Shown: piece after piece, positions 44,132 through 54,723 of the stretch
How the letters are laid out: each line of letters starts with the position of its first letter
Position numbering within the stretch: position 1 is the stretch's first letter
DNA from: Candidatus Kerfeldbacteria bacterium
GTDB taxonomy: Bacteria > Patescibacteriota > Patescibacteriia > SBBC01
Direction: 5' to 3'
NCBI GenBank assembly: GCA_016207275.1
Contig: JACQPY010000013.1
Location: forward strand, 20,285 to 84,284
Length of the DNA stretch: 64,000 nt
Notes under the pieces: generated by a model
Told to the model about the DNA's origin: nothing
What the model saw: the letters and a program-made list of their open reading frames with translations, nothing else
Databases searched by the model: none
Made by a program: the position numbers and the translations under genes

Positions 44132-45385
44132 CTACCGCGGTTTGGTAATCACCTGCTGGCCGTTGAGGTACGGCCGGAGGACCTGGGGAATGGCCACCGA
44201 GCCATCGGCCTGTTGGTAGTTTTCAATGATTGCGGCCATCGTTCGGCTCATCGCGTAGGCCGTCGCATTGAGTAAATGCATGTAGCCAACACCCTGCTTT
44301 GATCGGTAGCGCGCGTTGATCCCCCGCGCTTGGAAGTCGGAAGTGTTTGAACAGGAGTGCGTCTCGCGGTAGGTGCGCTGGGCCGGGAACCAGGTTTGAA
44401 TATCGAACTGTCGGTAGTCGGTCCAGCCGATGTCGCCGGTGCACATTTCGACCACCCGGTACGGTAGCTTGAGGTCTTGGACCAACTGCTCTTGCAATGC
44501 CAGCAGTCGCTGGTGTTCGGTCTCAGCGTGGTCAGGCGTGGCAAAGACGAACATTTCGACTTTGTCAAACTGGTGGACGCGGAGGATCCCTTTGGTGTCC
44601 TTGCCGTAGGAGCCGGCTTCACGACGGAAGCACGAGGAAAATCCGACGTACCGTTTTGGTAAAGCCGCCTCGGCCAACGTTTCGTTCAGGTGTAACGGTC
44701 CCAGCGTGTGTTCGGCGCTGCCGATTAAGTACAGGTCGTCTTTAGCGACGTGGTAGCGCTCCTCTTTTTGATCGCCGGCCAGCCGTCCCATGCCCTGAAA
44801 AACGTCTGGTCGAATCATCATCGGTGGAATGACTGGAATAAAGCCCTGGGCCGTCAGCTTGTTAAAAGCGTGCTGGATTAAGGCGAATTCAATCAGGACG
44901 AGGCTGTTTTTCAGGTAGGCGAACCTCGAGCCGGCGACGTCCGCGGATTTTTCCGTATCAATCAGGTCGAGGTTACGAGCTAGGTCAAAGTAGTCGCGCG
45001 GTGTAAACGAAAAGTCGGGCCGCTCCCCTACCTCGCGCACCGTGCGATTGGCCGTTTCGTCTGGACCGATCGGCACATCGTCAGCCTGGAGGTTAGGCAG
45101 CTGTGCCAGCGCCGAACGCAGCGAACCTTCAAGCTTGTTGAGTTCCGATTCCTTTGCCGTCAGCCTGCTCTTGAGCTCGCGGAGCACGATCCGGATTGAT
45201 GCATCGGCCGTCGCTGTCTTGCTCTTCTGGTTTCGTTCAGCGCGGAGGGCCTCGACTTCCTGCAAGATCTGTCGGTGGTCGCGGTCGAGCTTAAGCAGCC
45301 TTTTCAGGTTTGGCTTCAGTCCCCGTTCGCGGAACTTACGTTCAGCCACGTTAGGGTGTTGGCGAAGGTAGTCGAGGTCAATCAT
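44132..45385 (-). CDS. serS: Seryl-tRNA synthetase
   Basis: N-terminal coiled-coil arm plus class II motifs (FRREAGS..., GINARYR). Confidence 0.9.
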   Translation of the reverse strand: MIDLDYLRQHPNVAERKFRERGLKPNLKRLLKLDRDHRQILQEVEALRAERNQKSKTATADASIRIVLRELKSRLTAKESELNKLEGSLRSALAQLPNLQADDVPIGPDETANRTVREVGERPDFSFTPRDYFDLARNLDLIDTEKSADVAGSRFAYLKNSLVLIEFALIQHAFNKLTAQGFIPVIPPMMIRPDVFQGMGRLAGDQKEERYHVAKDDLYLIGSAEHTLGPLHLNETLAEAALPKRYVGFSSCFRREAGSYGKDTKGILRVHQFDKVEMFVFATPDHAETEHQRLLALQEQLVQDLKLPYRVVEMCTGDIGWTDYRQFDIQTWFPAQRTYRETHSCSNTSDFQARGINARYRSKQGVGYMHLLNATAYAMSRTMAAIIENYQQADGSVAIPQVLRPYLNGQQVITKPR

Positions 45386-45978
45386 AGGTACTGTTGAATA
45401 TAGGGCAGGAGCTTTAAGATCGCTTGCCTGCGGTGGTTGAGGCGCTCGTGCTCGGCGGGCGTCAGCTCAGCATAGAACTTATGGAGCTCGGGAATCCAGA
45501 AGATGGAGCGGTAGGGGTAACCGGGGTCGATTGGCACGTCGCTGCGGCGAATCAGTCCGCGGTGGACCGCTTCCGCTTGCCAGTTTCGGTCCTGGGTAAT
45601 GCGCAGCGTCACCACGGTTTTAAGTTTGGCCGTGCGCTTAGCTTCGGGCACATCGCGCAGCTGGTCGAGAATCCAGTCGCGCAGCTCTTGATCGTTCAGG
45701 CGTTTGCCGTTGATCACGCGCGAGTGGACGCCGGGCCGACCGCCTAAGGCGTCGACTTCCAGCCCGCCGTCGTCGGCCAGCACGGGCAGGCCGGATCGCT
45801 GCCAGAAAAAGTTGGCTTTGAGCAGCGAGTTTTCGGCGAAGGTCTCGCCGTCCTCAACCGGCTCCTCGCTGATGCCGAGATCGTCGGGCGTGACCAGTTC
45901 GGACGCCAGTGATTCTAGCACCGCTCTGATTTCGCGGAACTTGCCGGGGTTGCGCGTGGCAATCAACAGCTTCGACAT
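45382..45978 (-). CDS. rdgB: dITP/XTP pyrophosphatase (RdgB/HAM1 family)
   Basis: LLIATRNPGKFRE...SGLPVLADDGGLEVDALGGRPGVHS. Confidence 0.85.
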   Translation of the reverse strand: MSKLLIATRNPGKFREIRAVLESLASELVTPDDLGISEEPVEDGETFAENSLLKANFFWQRSGLPVLADDGGLEVDALGGRPGVHSRVINGKRLNDQELRDWILDQLRDVPEAKRTAKLKTVVTLRITQDRNWQAEAVHRGLIRRSDVPIDPGYPYRSIFWIPELHKFYAELTPAEHERLNHRRQAILKLLPYIQQYL

Positions 45979-45980
45979 GC

Positions 45981-46532
45981 TTATAGTCCGAGTTGGTTGT
46001 GGATGCCTTGCATCGCTTGCAGCACGTTTTGAATGTGCTCGTTTCTGGGGACACCGAGGAGCTGAATGCTATCATTAATTTCTTGACGGTTGACCTTGGC
46101 CGCGAAATCCTTGCGTTTCAGTTTTTTCTCAATGCCCTCGATGGTTACATCGGCCAGCTTCTTATTCGGCGTCATGAGCGAAACCGCCACGATAAAACCC
46201 GAGATCTCGTCACACGCAAACAGCGCTTTCTCCATCGGCGTTTCCGGTTTGACGCCGGTACGCGGCGCATGAGCGAGGATGGCATGGCGGATTCGTTCAG
46301 GTACCCCACGCTCGGCAAGAATCGATTGGCCTTTAATCGGATGATCATCGAGTGTCGGATGGATTTCCCAATCAAAGTCATGCAGCAGACCGACGATCCC
46401 CCACTCCTCGGGATCGCCGCCAAACTTCGGCGCGTAGGCGCGCATCGCCGCTTCGACGGCGAGCATATGTTTTTTTAGGTTGGCGTTCTTGACAAACTCG
46501 TCGAGAATCACTAGCGCGTCGGCGCGGGTCAT
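45981..46532 (-). CDS. HD-domain phosphohydrolase
   Basis: KHMLAVEAAMRAY...GLLHDFD is the H...HD metal-binding motif. Confidence 0.7.
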   Translation of the reverse strand: MTRADALVILDEFVKNANLKKHMLAVEAAMRAYAPKFGGDPEEWGIVGLLHDFDWEIHPTLDDHPIKGQSILAERGVPERIRHAILAHAPRTGVKPETPMEKALFACDEISGFIVAVSLMTPNKKLADVTIEGIEKKLKRKDFAAKVNRQEINDSIQLLGVPRNEHIQNVLQAMQGIHNQLGL

Positions 46533-46611
46533 CCCGTTAGAAAGTTAGCATTGAGCATAATACTACGCACGATAACCTGGGCATGCAGAGTCGGAGAACT
46601 TTCTAACGGGA

Positions 46612-48063
46612 TCATGGTTGTTCCGGTTTGAGCGTGGGAAAGAGAATCACGTCTTTGAGCGTTTTTTGGTTGGTCAGCAACGCCGTTAGTCGGTCAATGC
46701 CGATGCCAAGACCGGAGGTCGGCGGCAGGCCGTATTCCAGAGAACGGATATACGATTCATCAATCGGCTGTGCTTCCGTATCCCCTTTCTGCCGCAGCCG
46801 TTCTTGCGCCTCGAAACGCTGGCGCTGCTCAGCCGGATCGTTTAACTCACTGAAAGCGTTTCCGAGTTCGGTGCCGTCGGCCAGCAATTGGAATCGTTCG
46901 ACATACTTCGTGTCATTCGGTTTGCGCTTGGCCAGCGGTGACAACTCGACGGGAAAATCAATCACGAATGTCGGTTCGATGAAATTCGATCGCACATGCG
47001 TTTTGAATATTTCGTCGATCATTTTCGAGCGGCTCATGTCATCGGGCAGATCAGTGCCGATGTTACGACCCTGTGCTCTGAGCTGATCGTCACCGGCTTG
47101 GTCAATGTCAATTTTCGTGGTGTGCAGAATCGCTTCGCGATAGGCGATGCGCTTGAATGGTTTCTTAAGCTTGAAAGTTTTCTGGCCCAGCGTGATTTCC
47201 GGCTTGCGCTTGATGGCGGTTGCTAGTTCAATCATCAAATCTTCGGTCAGAGTAAGCATCCACTCGTAGTCAGTGTAGGCCGCGTAGCATTCCATCATGG
47301 TGAATTCCGGGTTGTGGTCGCGGTCGATTCCCTCGTTGCGAAAATTACGGCCAATTTCGAAAACCCGGCCAAAGCCGCCGACGATCAGCCGCTTGAGGTA
47401 AAGTTCGGGCGCGACGCGAAGGTACAGGTCTAGATCGAGGGCTTGGTGGTGCGTGACGAACGGGCGGGCCGTGGCGCCACCGGGAATGGGTTGCAGGACC
47501 GGCGTTTCGACTTCGACAAATTCTCGTTCAACCAAAAATTGGCGAACGGCGTTCAGCATAGTACTGCGTGTTAGAAAGATATCTTTAACCACGGGGTTCG
47601 CCAGGGTGTCGAGTTCCCGGTACCGATACCGTGTTTCGACGTCAGCCAAGCCGTGCCATTCCGACGGCAGCGGTCGAACTGCTTTGGTCAGCCAACGGAG
47701 GCTGGTGGCATCAACCGTGCGCTCGCCGCGCTTGGTGACGAACGTCGTTCCACCGACTTCAAGAAAATCGCCGAGGTCAATGAGCTTGATCAAATGGGAA
47801 AAATCAGCGAGGTTTTTCTTTTGCAAAAAAACTTGGAGCGGGCCGGTTTCGTCTTCCAGTTTAAGAAACGCCGAACCGCCCTGCAGTCGGCTGGCCCGAA
47901 CACGTCCGGCAATGACGACTTGTTGGTCGAGCCGCCAAGCAGCCAACAGTTGACGAGTTTGGTGCGTGCGCCCGACGCGGGCGGGATAGGGCTCACGACC
48001 CATGCCCTGCAGCATCGCCAACTTCTCGCGGCGGGTTTGCTCCTGGTCCGTCAGCTTCCGCAT
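46612..48063 (-). CDS. lysS: Lysyl-tRNA synthetase (class II)
   Basis: N-terminal OB anticodon-binding domain plus class II motifs (FRNEGID...GGLGIGIDRL). Confidence 0.9.
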   Translation of the reverse strand: MRKLTDQEQTRREKLAMLQGMGREPYPARVGRTHQTRQLLAAWRLDQQVVIAGRVRASRLQGGSAFLKLEDETGPLQVFLQKKNLADFSHLIKLIDLGDFLEVGGTTFVTKRGERTVDATSLRWLTKAVRPLPSEWHGLADVETRYRYRELDTLANPVVKDIFLTRSTMLNAVRQFLVEREFVEVETPVLQPIPGGATARPFVTHHQALDLDLYLRVAPELYLKRLIVGGFGRVFEIGRNFRNEGIDRDHNPEFTMMECYAAYTDYEWMLTLTEDLMIELATAIKRKPEITLGQKTFKLKKPFKRIAYREAILHTTKIDIDQAGDDQLRAQGRNIGTDLPDDMSRSKMIDEIFKTHVRSNFIEPTFVIDFPVELSPLAKRKPNDTKYVERFQLLADGTELGNAFSELNDPAEQRQRFEAQERLRQKGDTEAQPIDESYIRSLEYGLPPTSGLGIGIDRLTALLTNQKTLKDVILFPTLKPEQP

Positions 48064-48109
48064 ACTCGTAGTATACGCGTCCCAAGGAGCGTCGGCAATC
48101 GGCTAACCG

Positions 48110-48577
48110 CTAGGCGATGCCGAGGATGTGAAAGTTTCGTTTACCAGCCGGGGCCTCGATCGTCACTGTTTCACCGACCCGGCGGCCAAGGAACGCTTGA
48201 CCAAGCGGCGACTCATTGGAGATCCGGCCATTTTTCGGATCGGCTTCGTTCGAGCCAACAATCGCGTAGGTTTCGATTTTTCCGTCCTCGATTTTGGCTT
48301 TAACCTTGGAGCCGACCCGGACTTGCTCGGCGTTCTTTGCGGCTTGGATGATGACGGCGTTTTTGACGACCGCCTCAAGTTCGGCGACCCGTCCCTCGAC
48401 GAACGCTTGCTCATTTTTTGCTTCGACGTATTCGGCGTTTTCCGATAGATCGCCGAGTTCCTTAGCTTCTTGGATGCGCTGGGCGATTTCCCGACGCTTA
48501 ACGGTTTTGAGGTGCTTGAGCTCCTCGGTCAGTTTTTCCAGTCCATCAGCAGTGATAAATGTCTGTCGTTCATTCAT
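48110..48577 (-). CDS. greA: Transcription elongation factor GreA
   Basis: FITADGLEKLTEELKHLK...SENAEY...GDTV..AP.G, a GreA/GreB coiled-coil plus FKBP-like domain. Confidence 0.9.
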   Translation of the reverse strand: MNERQTFITADGLEKLTEELKHLKTVKRREIAQRIQEAKELGDLSENAEYVEAKNEQAFVEGRVAELEAVVKNAVIIQAAKNAEQVRVGSKVKAKIEDGKIETYAIVGSNEADPKNGRISNESPLGQAFLGRRVGETVTIEAPAGKRNFHILGIA

Positions 48578-48753
48578 ACGACGGGGTAGTTAGAAAGCCA
48601 AAATTTTCTACTGGCACACTCCAGGGTACGCCGCCGGGAAAACCCTGTCAACCCCCGTCCCACTTTTCTCGAGCAACTCATTCTGTGCGAAGTTTATTTT
48701 TGGGAGAAAACCCCCAAAGAAAATGCTTCATCGTCTTTAAAAGCGGAGCCGGG

Positions 48754-50688
48754 TCAAGGCGTGCGGTGGGTCTTGGCAAAGTAGGCGGCTAAGGCTCGTT
48801 TGGCCATCGGCAGGGCAGCGGCGTGACCTTCGCCGCCAGCCTCGACTACGACCGTGACGACGATCTCCGGTCGATCGAACGGCGCAAAGCTGGTTAACCA
48901 AGCGTGAGTTTTGTTCTCGTTTCCGAACTGCGCCGTCCCCGTTTTGGCGGCGACGGCGACCGGAAGATCACCGAGCGCCCGAGCGCTGCCGCCGGTGACC
49001 GCTTGTCGCATGCCGGCGCGGACTGAGGCCAGGAATTGATCGGCCACCGTTTGGTTGAGGGACTTTGGTTTCATCGCTTGGGTCGTCTGCCCGTCGGCCG
49101 CTAAAATTTCTTTAACGACGAACGGTTGGTAGAGTGTTCCGCCGTTGGCAATGGCGGCGGTGTAGTCGGCTACTTGGAGTGGGGTGACGTTGATGAAACC
49201 CTGACCAATAGCGAGGTTGTACGTATCACCGACGTACCATCGTGGCGAGCTTGGTTTACTCCGCCAGGCGCGGTCGGGTAGAAAGCCCGCGGCCTCGTTC
49301 GGTAGGTCAATACCGAGCCGTCGACCGAGTCCAAACCGCGCCAGGTAGTTGACCACGCGTTCAATGCCGAGGCCGGAAAAATCTTCAAAACCAGCACTGA
49401 TCAGATAGAAAAACGTGTTGACGGATTCGGCCAACGCTTTACGGACGTCAGTGGTGCCGTGGCCACCCGTTTTCCAGTCCGGAAAAAAGTTTGGGCCGAC
49501 TCTAATCCCGCCGACGCTCTGGACCGTGGTACGTTCGGTAATCACGCCCTCGTCGAGAGCAGCGGCGGCGATTACCGGTTTGATCGTCGAGCCCGACGGG
49601 TACGATCCGCTAATCGCCCGGAAGAACAGTGGATGTCGCTCGTCGTCGAAGATGGCTCGAAAATCTGTCTGGTTACCGCCCTGCGAAAACTGGTTAGGGT
49701 CAAACGAGGGCTGCGAAACCAAGGCTAGCACCTCGCCAGTACGCGGGTCGAGCGCCACCGCCGCACCACCAGGTACCCGCAGTCGGTGGATCGTGTCTTC
49801 GAGTGCTTGGCTGAGCGTTTGCTGCAGTTCTTCGTCGATCGTTAAGATCAGGTTGTGGCCCGGTTCGGCTTCGCGGCTGGCGATAACCGCTAGCTCTTTG
49901 TTTAAGTGGTCACGTTCAACCTCGCGAACGCCATCTTGGCCGCGGAGAAAACGGTCATAGGCGAGCTCGATACCCATCCGGCCAACCGACGATAAGGTGG
50001 TCAAGTCATTATCGCGCTCGAGTTCGGCCGGCGTAGGTTTACCCAGATAACCGAGCAGGTGAGCAGTCGCCGTTCCGTCTCGGTACGCCCGCGTACTGAT
50101 TGCCTCGAGCGAAATACCTGGCAGACGAGCGATGACCGTTGACAGGCGGAGTGCGTCTTCATAGCTGACGTGATCGGAAAGAATTACCGGTTGGATCGAA
50201 CCTACGGGGGATATCGCCAGCGCCGTCTGGATGCTGTCCGCGCCGAGTGTCGGGTACGCCCGCGCTAACTGGCTGACCAGTGCCGTTCGCTCGTCGGCAC
50301 CGCGGGGCAGGTCGGCCGGGGTGGCCAGGAGGGTGAACGACGGGATATTGGTCAAGAGCGGCGTGCGATGACGGTCATAGATAACGCCACGCGGCGCTGG
50401 CTGCACTTCGAGTCGGATCCGATTCCGTTCAGACGAGAAACGATAGCGTTCGCCTTTGGCGAGCTGGAGGTAGGCCACGCGGGTCAGGAGGGCGAGCAGC
50501 GCGAGCAGTAAGATTAAGGCCAGGATCGTCACGTTGACACGGTTGGCCGACAGCCGTCGGGTGCTGGCCCCCGGGGCGAGGTAGTCTTCAACATTAAGGC
50601 CTCGCCGGTCGCGTCGAACGATCAGCGGTCGTTGATCGGCTGACAACGGCACCGACGTAAATGGGTTGGTTAGGCGACTAAAATTCAT
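48754..50688 (-). CDS. mrdA: Penicillin-binding protein 2 / class B transpeptidase (elongasome PBP2, given the mreBCD neighbours)
   Basis: SGSTIKP (SxxK), SVN-like motif and KTGTAQ (KTG). The ORF-track start at 50751 overlaps mreD; the internal MNFSRL start is preferred. Confidence 0.8.
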   Translation of the reverse strand: MNFSRLTNPFTSVPLSADQRPLIVRRDRRGLNVEDYLAPGASTRRLSANRVNVTILALILLLALLALLTRVAYLQLAKGERYRFSSERNRIRLEVQPAPRGVIYDRHRTPLLTNIPSFTLLATPADLPRGADERTALVSQLARAYPTLGADSIQTALAISPVGSIQPVILSDHVSYEDALRLSTVIARLPGISLEAISTRAYRDGTATAHLLGYLGKPTPAELERDNDLTTLSSVGRMGIELAYDRFLRGQDGVREVERDHLNKELAVIASREAEPGHNLILTIDEELQQTLSQALEDTIHRLRVPGGAAVALDPRTGEVLALVSQPSFDPNQFSQGGNQTDFRAIFDDERHPLFFRAISGSYPSGSTIKPVIAAAALDEGVITERTTVQSVGGIRVGPNFFPDWKTGGHGTTDVRKALAESVNTFFYLISAGFEDFSGLGIERVVNYLARFGLGRRLGIDLPNEAAGFLPDRAWRSKPSSPRWYVGDTYNLAIGQGFINVTPLQVADYTAAIANGGTLYQPFVVKEILAADGQTTQAMKPKSLNQTVADQFLASVRAGMRQAVTGGSARALGDLPVAVAAKTGTAQFGNENKTHAWLTSFAPFDRPEIVVTVVVEAGGEGHAAALPMAKRALAAYFAKTHRTP

Positions 50689-51202
50689 GTGAGACCAGGG
50701 TCGCGTACGTCCGACCAGATAGACGGACGGTAACGTAAACGATAATTGCAATCACGATCGTCCTCATCACATCCGTCAACACAAACCCAAACCACCATCC
50801 GTTGGCCAGGATGCTGGCGGCTTGCGGATCGAGCAATCGACCGAGGTGGCTGGCGACGAGAATAAGGACATGCGTCAGGATTGTACCGAGGGAGACTAGG
50901 GAGAGGAAGGCGAGAAAAGAACGGTTGGTGATTCGCGTGCGGAAAATCCAGCGGGTGGCGGTAATCGTAGCGACGTAGGCGATCAGGTGACTGCCGAATG
51001 GCAAGGCGGAAAATAGGTCAACCGTAAACCCACCGATCAGCGCGCCAAGCAGCGCCAATCGAGTGTCGCCGAGCAACAAGATGAGGAGGAGTGAAGGGGT
51101 CAAGAGGCCCGGTGACAGCAGCGGAGAGGATACGTTGGGGGTAACGAAGATGCTCACCAGCAGAACCGCACCGAGAATTGTGGTCGGGAGCAGACGTCGC
51201 AT
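50678..51202 (-). CDS. mreD: Rod shape-determining protein MreD (probable)
   Basis: 174-aa polytopic membrane protein directly downstream of mreC; this position is diagnostic of mreD. Confidence 0.5.
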   Translation of the reverse strand: MRRLLPTTILGAVLLVSIFVTPNVSSPLLSPGLLTPSLLLILLLGDTRLALLGALIGGFTVDLFSALPFGSHLIAYVATITATRWIFRTRITNRSFLAFLSLVSLGTILTHVLILVASHLGRLLDPQAASILANGWWFGFVLTDVMRTIVIAIIVYVTVRLSGRTYATLVSHEF

Positions 51203-51203
51203 C

Positions 51204-51998
51204 TTACGGTGTTTTTGTTAAGATGGTGACCACGTTAAGCCGGGCCGCCTGGTAGAGCGGGCGAAGCGAGGCGGACTGGAAGAGCGCACCGGCTTGTCGT
51301 TCAATACGATCAACTTCACCGAGGATTAAACCGCGGGGAACGCCGGCGTCGGAACCGGCAGTGACGATCAGGTCGCCGACCGCGATCGATTCAGATTGCG
51401 GAATGAGTTGCATGGTTAGTGATAAGCCACGCGCGCCGCTGACGACCCCTTGCGCCGTCGGAGACTTGGCGCTGACGCCGGTGAAGCTGCTGCGGTTGTC
51501 GGTGCTGAGGAGCACGTGGGCGGTGTCGTTGGTTGCTTCGATCACTCGGCCGACGACCAGACCACCGGCAACGATGGCGGGCGCGTCTACTTGAATGCCC
51601 GTCGCCGTGCCCCGGTCGATCGTAACGAATTCGGTGGTTGGATCGGCGCTGCGGGTGATAATGCTACCGGTGACTCCGATCAAGCGTTGGGCCGTCAGAA
51701 AGCGGGTCTGCTCCGTCGCCGCAGTCGCGGCGTCCAGCGCCGATCGAAGCTGGGCATTTTCCACGCTGAGCTCTGCGATTCGTTGGTCTCGGGCGGCCAG
51801 CTGTGACGCCGAACCGGTGGCGTCGGCCGGTACCTGTGGGCTGAGCACGGCGGTAGTCCACCGCCCGATCGGCGACAGCGCCCGGATGACGAGCCGTTCA
51901 ATTGGTTCGAGGGCGCCGAGGTAGTGCAGTGAGACTACGGCGGCGACAAGGCCGCCAATGATGAGTGAGGTTCGGCGTTGCGGCGGGCGGTCAACCAC
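51204..51998 (-). CDS. mreC: Rod shape-determining protein MreC
   Basis: N-terminal TM, a coiled-coil (ELSVENAQLRSALDAATAA), then the beta-rich MreC domain (GDLIVTAG...GVPRGLILGEV). Confidence 0.7.
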   Translation of the reverse strand: MVDRPPQRRTSLIIGGLVAAVVSLHYLGALEPIERLVIRALSPIGRWTTAVLSPQVPADATGSASQLAARDQRIAELSVENAQLRSALDAATAATEQTRFLTAQRLIGVTGSIITRSADPTTEFVTIDRGTATGIQVDAPAIVAGGLVVGRVIEATNDTAHVLLSTDNRSSFTGVSAKSPTAQGVVSGARGLSLTMQLIPQSESIAVGDLIVTAGSDAGVPRGLILGEVDRIERQAGALFQSASLRPLYQAARLNVVTILTKTP

Positions 51999-52000
51999 GG

Positions 52001-53056
52001 CTACCTTGGAATCGAGACTTCGCTCGATGACAAAACCAAAACGCTACGTAGCTGGTCGAGGTCGTCGAGGACAATACCGGTTCCTCGAACCACGGCGGTC
52101 AGCGGATCATCAACCACGTGGACGGGGATATGCGTTTCGCGTTGGACGGCTTGGGCGAATCCTCGGAGCAACGCTCCCCCACCGGTGAGCACAATCCCCT
52201 GTGAATAGATATCGGCCACCAGCTCGGGAGGCGTTGCCTCAATGGTTGATTTGATGTTGTCGATGATGAGGTTAATTGAACGCTGCATGGCTTCCCGGAC
52301 GTGGGCGGTCGTCATGGTTACTTCTTTCGGCAGGCCGGTGAGCAGGTCGCGACCGCGCATCGGCGCTTCGAGCGGTTCAACTTCGTCGGTGACCCCGCCG
52401 ATCTTAATTTTTAGTTCTTCGGCCGTGCGTTCCCCGAGCAGAACATTAAAGTGCTCGCGAGCGTACTGGATAATATTTTGGTCGAGTTCGTTGCCGGCAA
52501 CTCGTAACGATCGCCAGCTGACAATGCCGCCGAGGCTGATGACGGCGATCTCGGTGGTGCCGCCGCCGATGTCGACAACCATATTGCCGGAGGCGTCTTG
52601 GATGGGGAGGCGGGCCCCGATCGCGGCGGCCATCGGTTCCTCGATCAGGAACACTTCTCGGGCGCCAGCGTGGAGGGTGGCGTCTTCAACCGCCTTCCGT
52701 TCAACCTCAGTTACGCCGAGCGGAATACCGATGATTACCCGCGGACGACTGAGGAACGAAATTCCTTCGCGGTGGACTCGTTCGATGAAGTGGCGGAGCA
52801 TGCGCTCGGTCACCTCGAAGTCAGAAATTACACCGCTCATGAGCGGACGGATGGCGACAATATGGCTCGGCGTTTTACCGACCATCAGACGAGCTTCTTC
52901 GCCAACTGCTAGAATCTGATCGGTCCGGGTGTTGACGGCCACCACGGACGGTTCATTGATAACGATGCCCTTATCTTTGATGTAGACCAAGGTATTCTTG
53001 GTTCCCAGGTCAATACCCATGTCGCGCGAAAAGCGGCCGAGGAGTTTACCGAACAT
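52001..53056 (-). CDS. mreB: Rod shape-determining protein MreB
   Basis: MGIDLGTKNTLVY...DIGGGTTEIAVISLGG...; actin-like ATPase motifs. Start set at MFGKLLGRF. Confidence 0.85.
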   Translation of the reverse strand: MFGKLLGRFSRDMGIDLGTKNTLVYIKDKGIVINEPSVVAVNTRTDQILAVGEEARLMVGKTPSHIVAIRPLMSGVISDFEVTERMLRHFIERVHREGISFLSRPRVIIGIPLGVTEVERKAVEDATLHAGAREVFLIEEPMAAAIGARLPIQDASGNMVVDIGGGTTEIAVISLGGIVSWRSLRVAGNELDQNIIQYAREHFNVLLGERTAEELKIKIGGVTDEVEPLEAPMRGRDLLTGLPKEVTMTTAHVREAMQRSINLIIDNIKSTIEATPPELVADIYSQGIVLTGGGALLRGFAQAVQRETHIPVHVVDDPLTAVVRGTGIVLDDLDQLRSVLVLSSSEVSIPR

Positions 53057-53057
53057 C

Positions 53058-54170
53058 CTAGCCCCCAAAAACTTGACGAATGTTTTCGAGCACCTTGTCA
53101 CCGATGCCGAATCGTTGGACGTCGCGGAGGCTGACCAGAAGAACCAGGGCAATCAGGAGGTAGAAGCCAATCGCGTGGATCAGCGACTCAATCCGGTAGT
53201 CGACGGCCCGGCGTCGGACCGCTTCAATGGCGACGAACAGCGCGCGCCCACCGTCGAGTGCGGGCAGCGGGAAGAAATTGACGACCGCTAAGGTGATTGA
53301 CAACAGGGCGGTAAATTGAATAAGGTATGGCACGCCGAGCTCCACGGCCTGACCAGTGAGCAGTACCACGCCAACCGGACCGGACAGATCGGGGCTGACC
53401 GTTCGTTCGACGACGAGGTCGCGAAGCAGGTGGCCGAAGGAAACGAAAATAGTACCGGTCACGTTAACGGTGGTGGTCAGGCCGTGCCACACTGAACGGG
53501 GAAAAGGATACGTCAAGGTGCCGACGTCGAGAATGCCGATGCCGATTCGCCACTCACCGGCGGGGGTGGCGGCTGGCGTAACCGCGACCGACCGTTCAGT
53601 TTGGCCGTGGCGAACGGTCAGCGTTAGTTCGTGATTGCCATTCTGTTGTTGCCGTTGTTTCAGTTCCTGGGCCGAATGCAGTGGTTCGCCGTTGAAGTTG
53701 ACCACCGTGTCGCCGAGGCGGATGCCGGCACGGGCGGCCGGACCCGCTTCTTCGAGGCTGACGATTTGTGGACGAACATCACGCAGCTTGGTAAGCGGTC
53801 GGGCATCGTCGCGGGCGGTCGGGAGACCAATCGTGAAACCAGCAGCGAAGAGCACCACGCTCAGCAGGTAGTTCATGAGTACGCCGGCGGCCAGAATAAG
53901 GAAACGGCGCGGTCGTGACTGGGCGGCGAAACTGTCGGGTTCGAAGCTGGTTCCCGGCGTCTCACCCTTCAGCCGCACGAAGCCTCCGAACGGAATCCAG
54001 TTTAGCGAGTATAACGTGCGTCCGCGGCGGACGCCGACGAGGCGAGGCGGAAAACCGAAACCGAACTCTTCCACGGCTACCCCCAGTCGCCGGGCGGTCA
54101 GGAAGTGGCCGAGCTCGTGAACGAAGACGAGCAGTGAGATGACCAGGATGAAAATGACAAAGGTCAGCAT
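53058..54170 (-). CDS. rseP: RIP metalloprotease RseP (site-2 protease, M50) with a PDZ domain
   Basis: HELGHFLTARR (HExxH), a PDZ domain, and the LDGG motif (FFPLPALDGG). Confidence 0.8.
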   Translation of the reverse strand: MLTFVIFILVISLLVFVHELGHFLTARRLGVAVEEFGFGFPPRLVGVRRGRTLYSLNWIPFGGFVRLKGETPGTSFEPDSFAAQSRPRRFLILAAGVLMNYLLSVVLFAAGFTIGLPTARDDARPLTKLRDVRPQIVSLEEAGPAARAGIRLGDTVVNFNGEPLHSAQELKQRQQQNGNHELTLTVRHGQTERSVAVTPAATPAGEWRIGIGILDVGTLTYPFPRSVWHGLTTTVNVTGTIFVSFGHLLRDLVVERTVSPDLSGPVGVVLLTGQAVELGVPYLIQFTALLSITLAVVNFFPLPALDGGRALFVAIEAVRRRAVDYRIESLIHAIGFYLLIALVLLVSLRDVQRFGIGDKVLENIRQVFGG

Positions 54171-54177
54171 GGTTGGC

Positions 54178-54723
54178 TCAGATGATCATCAGCTCGTGCT
54201 CTTTTTTGCTGCCCAGCGTACTGATTTGTTCCATGTACGTGTCTACCCGCCGCTGCAGCTCTTTCTGTTGGGCGAAGAAGCTGTTCTCGGAGAGGGCGCC
54301 GTTCTGTTTATTCTCGCGAAGTGATTTCAGCGCTTCCTCTCTAATTTTACGAATGGCCACGCGAGCCTGTTCGAGCTTGGCGTTGACGATTTTGAGGTAC
54401 GCTCGGCGACGCTCCTCAGTCAGCGCCGGTACGGTCAGACGAATGACGGTACCGTCATTGACCGGCGTCAATCCGAAATCGGCTTGCTGGAGGGCGCGTT
54501 CGACGTCCTTGAGCACGTTTTTGTCCCACGGCTGAATGACGATGGTTCGAGCATCGGCAACGGTGATGCTGGCGAGCTGAACCAGTGGCATGGTCGAACC
54601 GTACGCCTCGACGGACAGGCTCTCGACCATACTCGGATTGGCCCGGCCCGTTCGAATCGTCAGGAGTTCTTGCTCGAGGTGGTTGATCGCGGCTTCGAAT
54701 TGTGGCCTGGTCGGCATGTTCAC
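54178..54723 (-). CDS. frr: Ribosome recycling factor
   Basis: Full-length RRF signature (LEQELLTIRTGRANPSMVESLSVEAYG...KIREEALK). Confidence 0.9.
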   Translation of the reverse strand: MNMPTRPQFEAAINHLEQELLTIRTGRANPSMVESLSVEAYGSTMPLVQLASITVADARTIVIQPWDKNVLKDVERALQQADFGLTPVNDGTVIRLTVPALTEERRRAYLKIVNAKLEQARVAIRKIREEALKSLRENKQNGALSENSFFAQQKELQRRVDTYMEQISTLGSKKEHELMII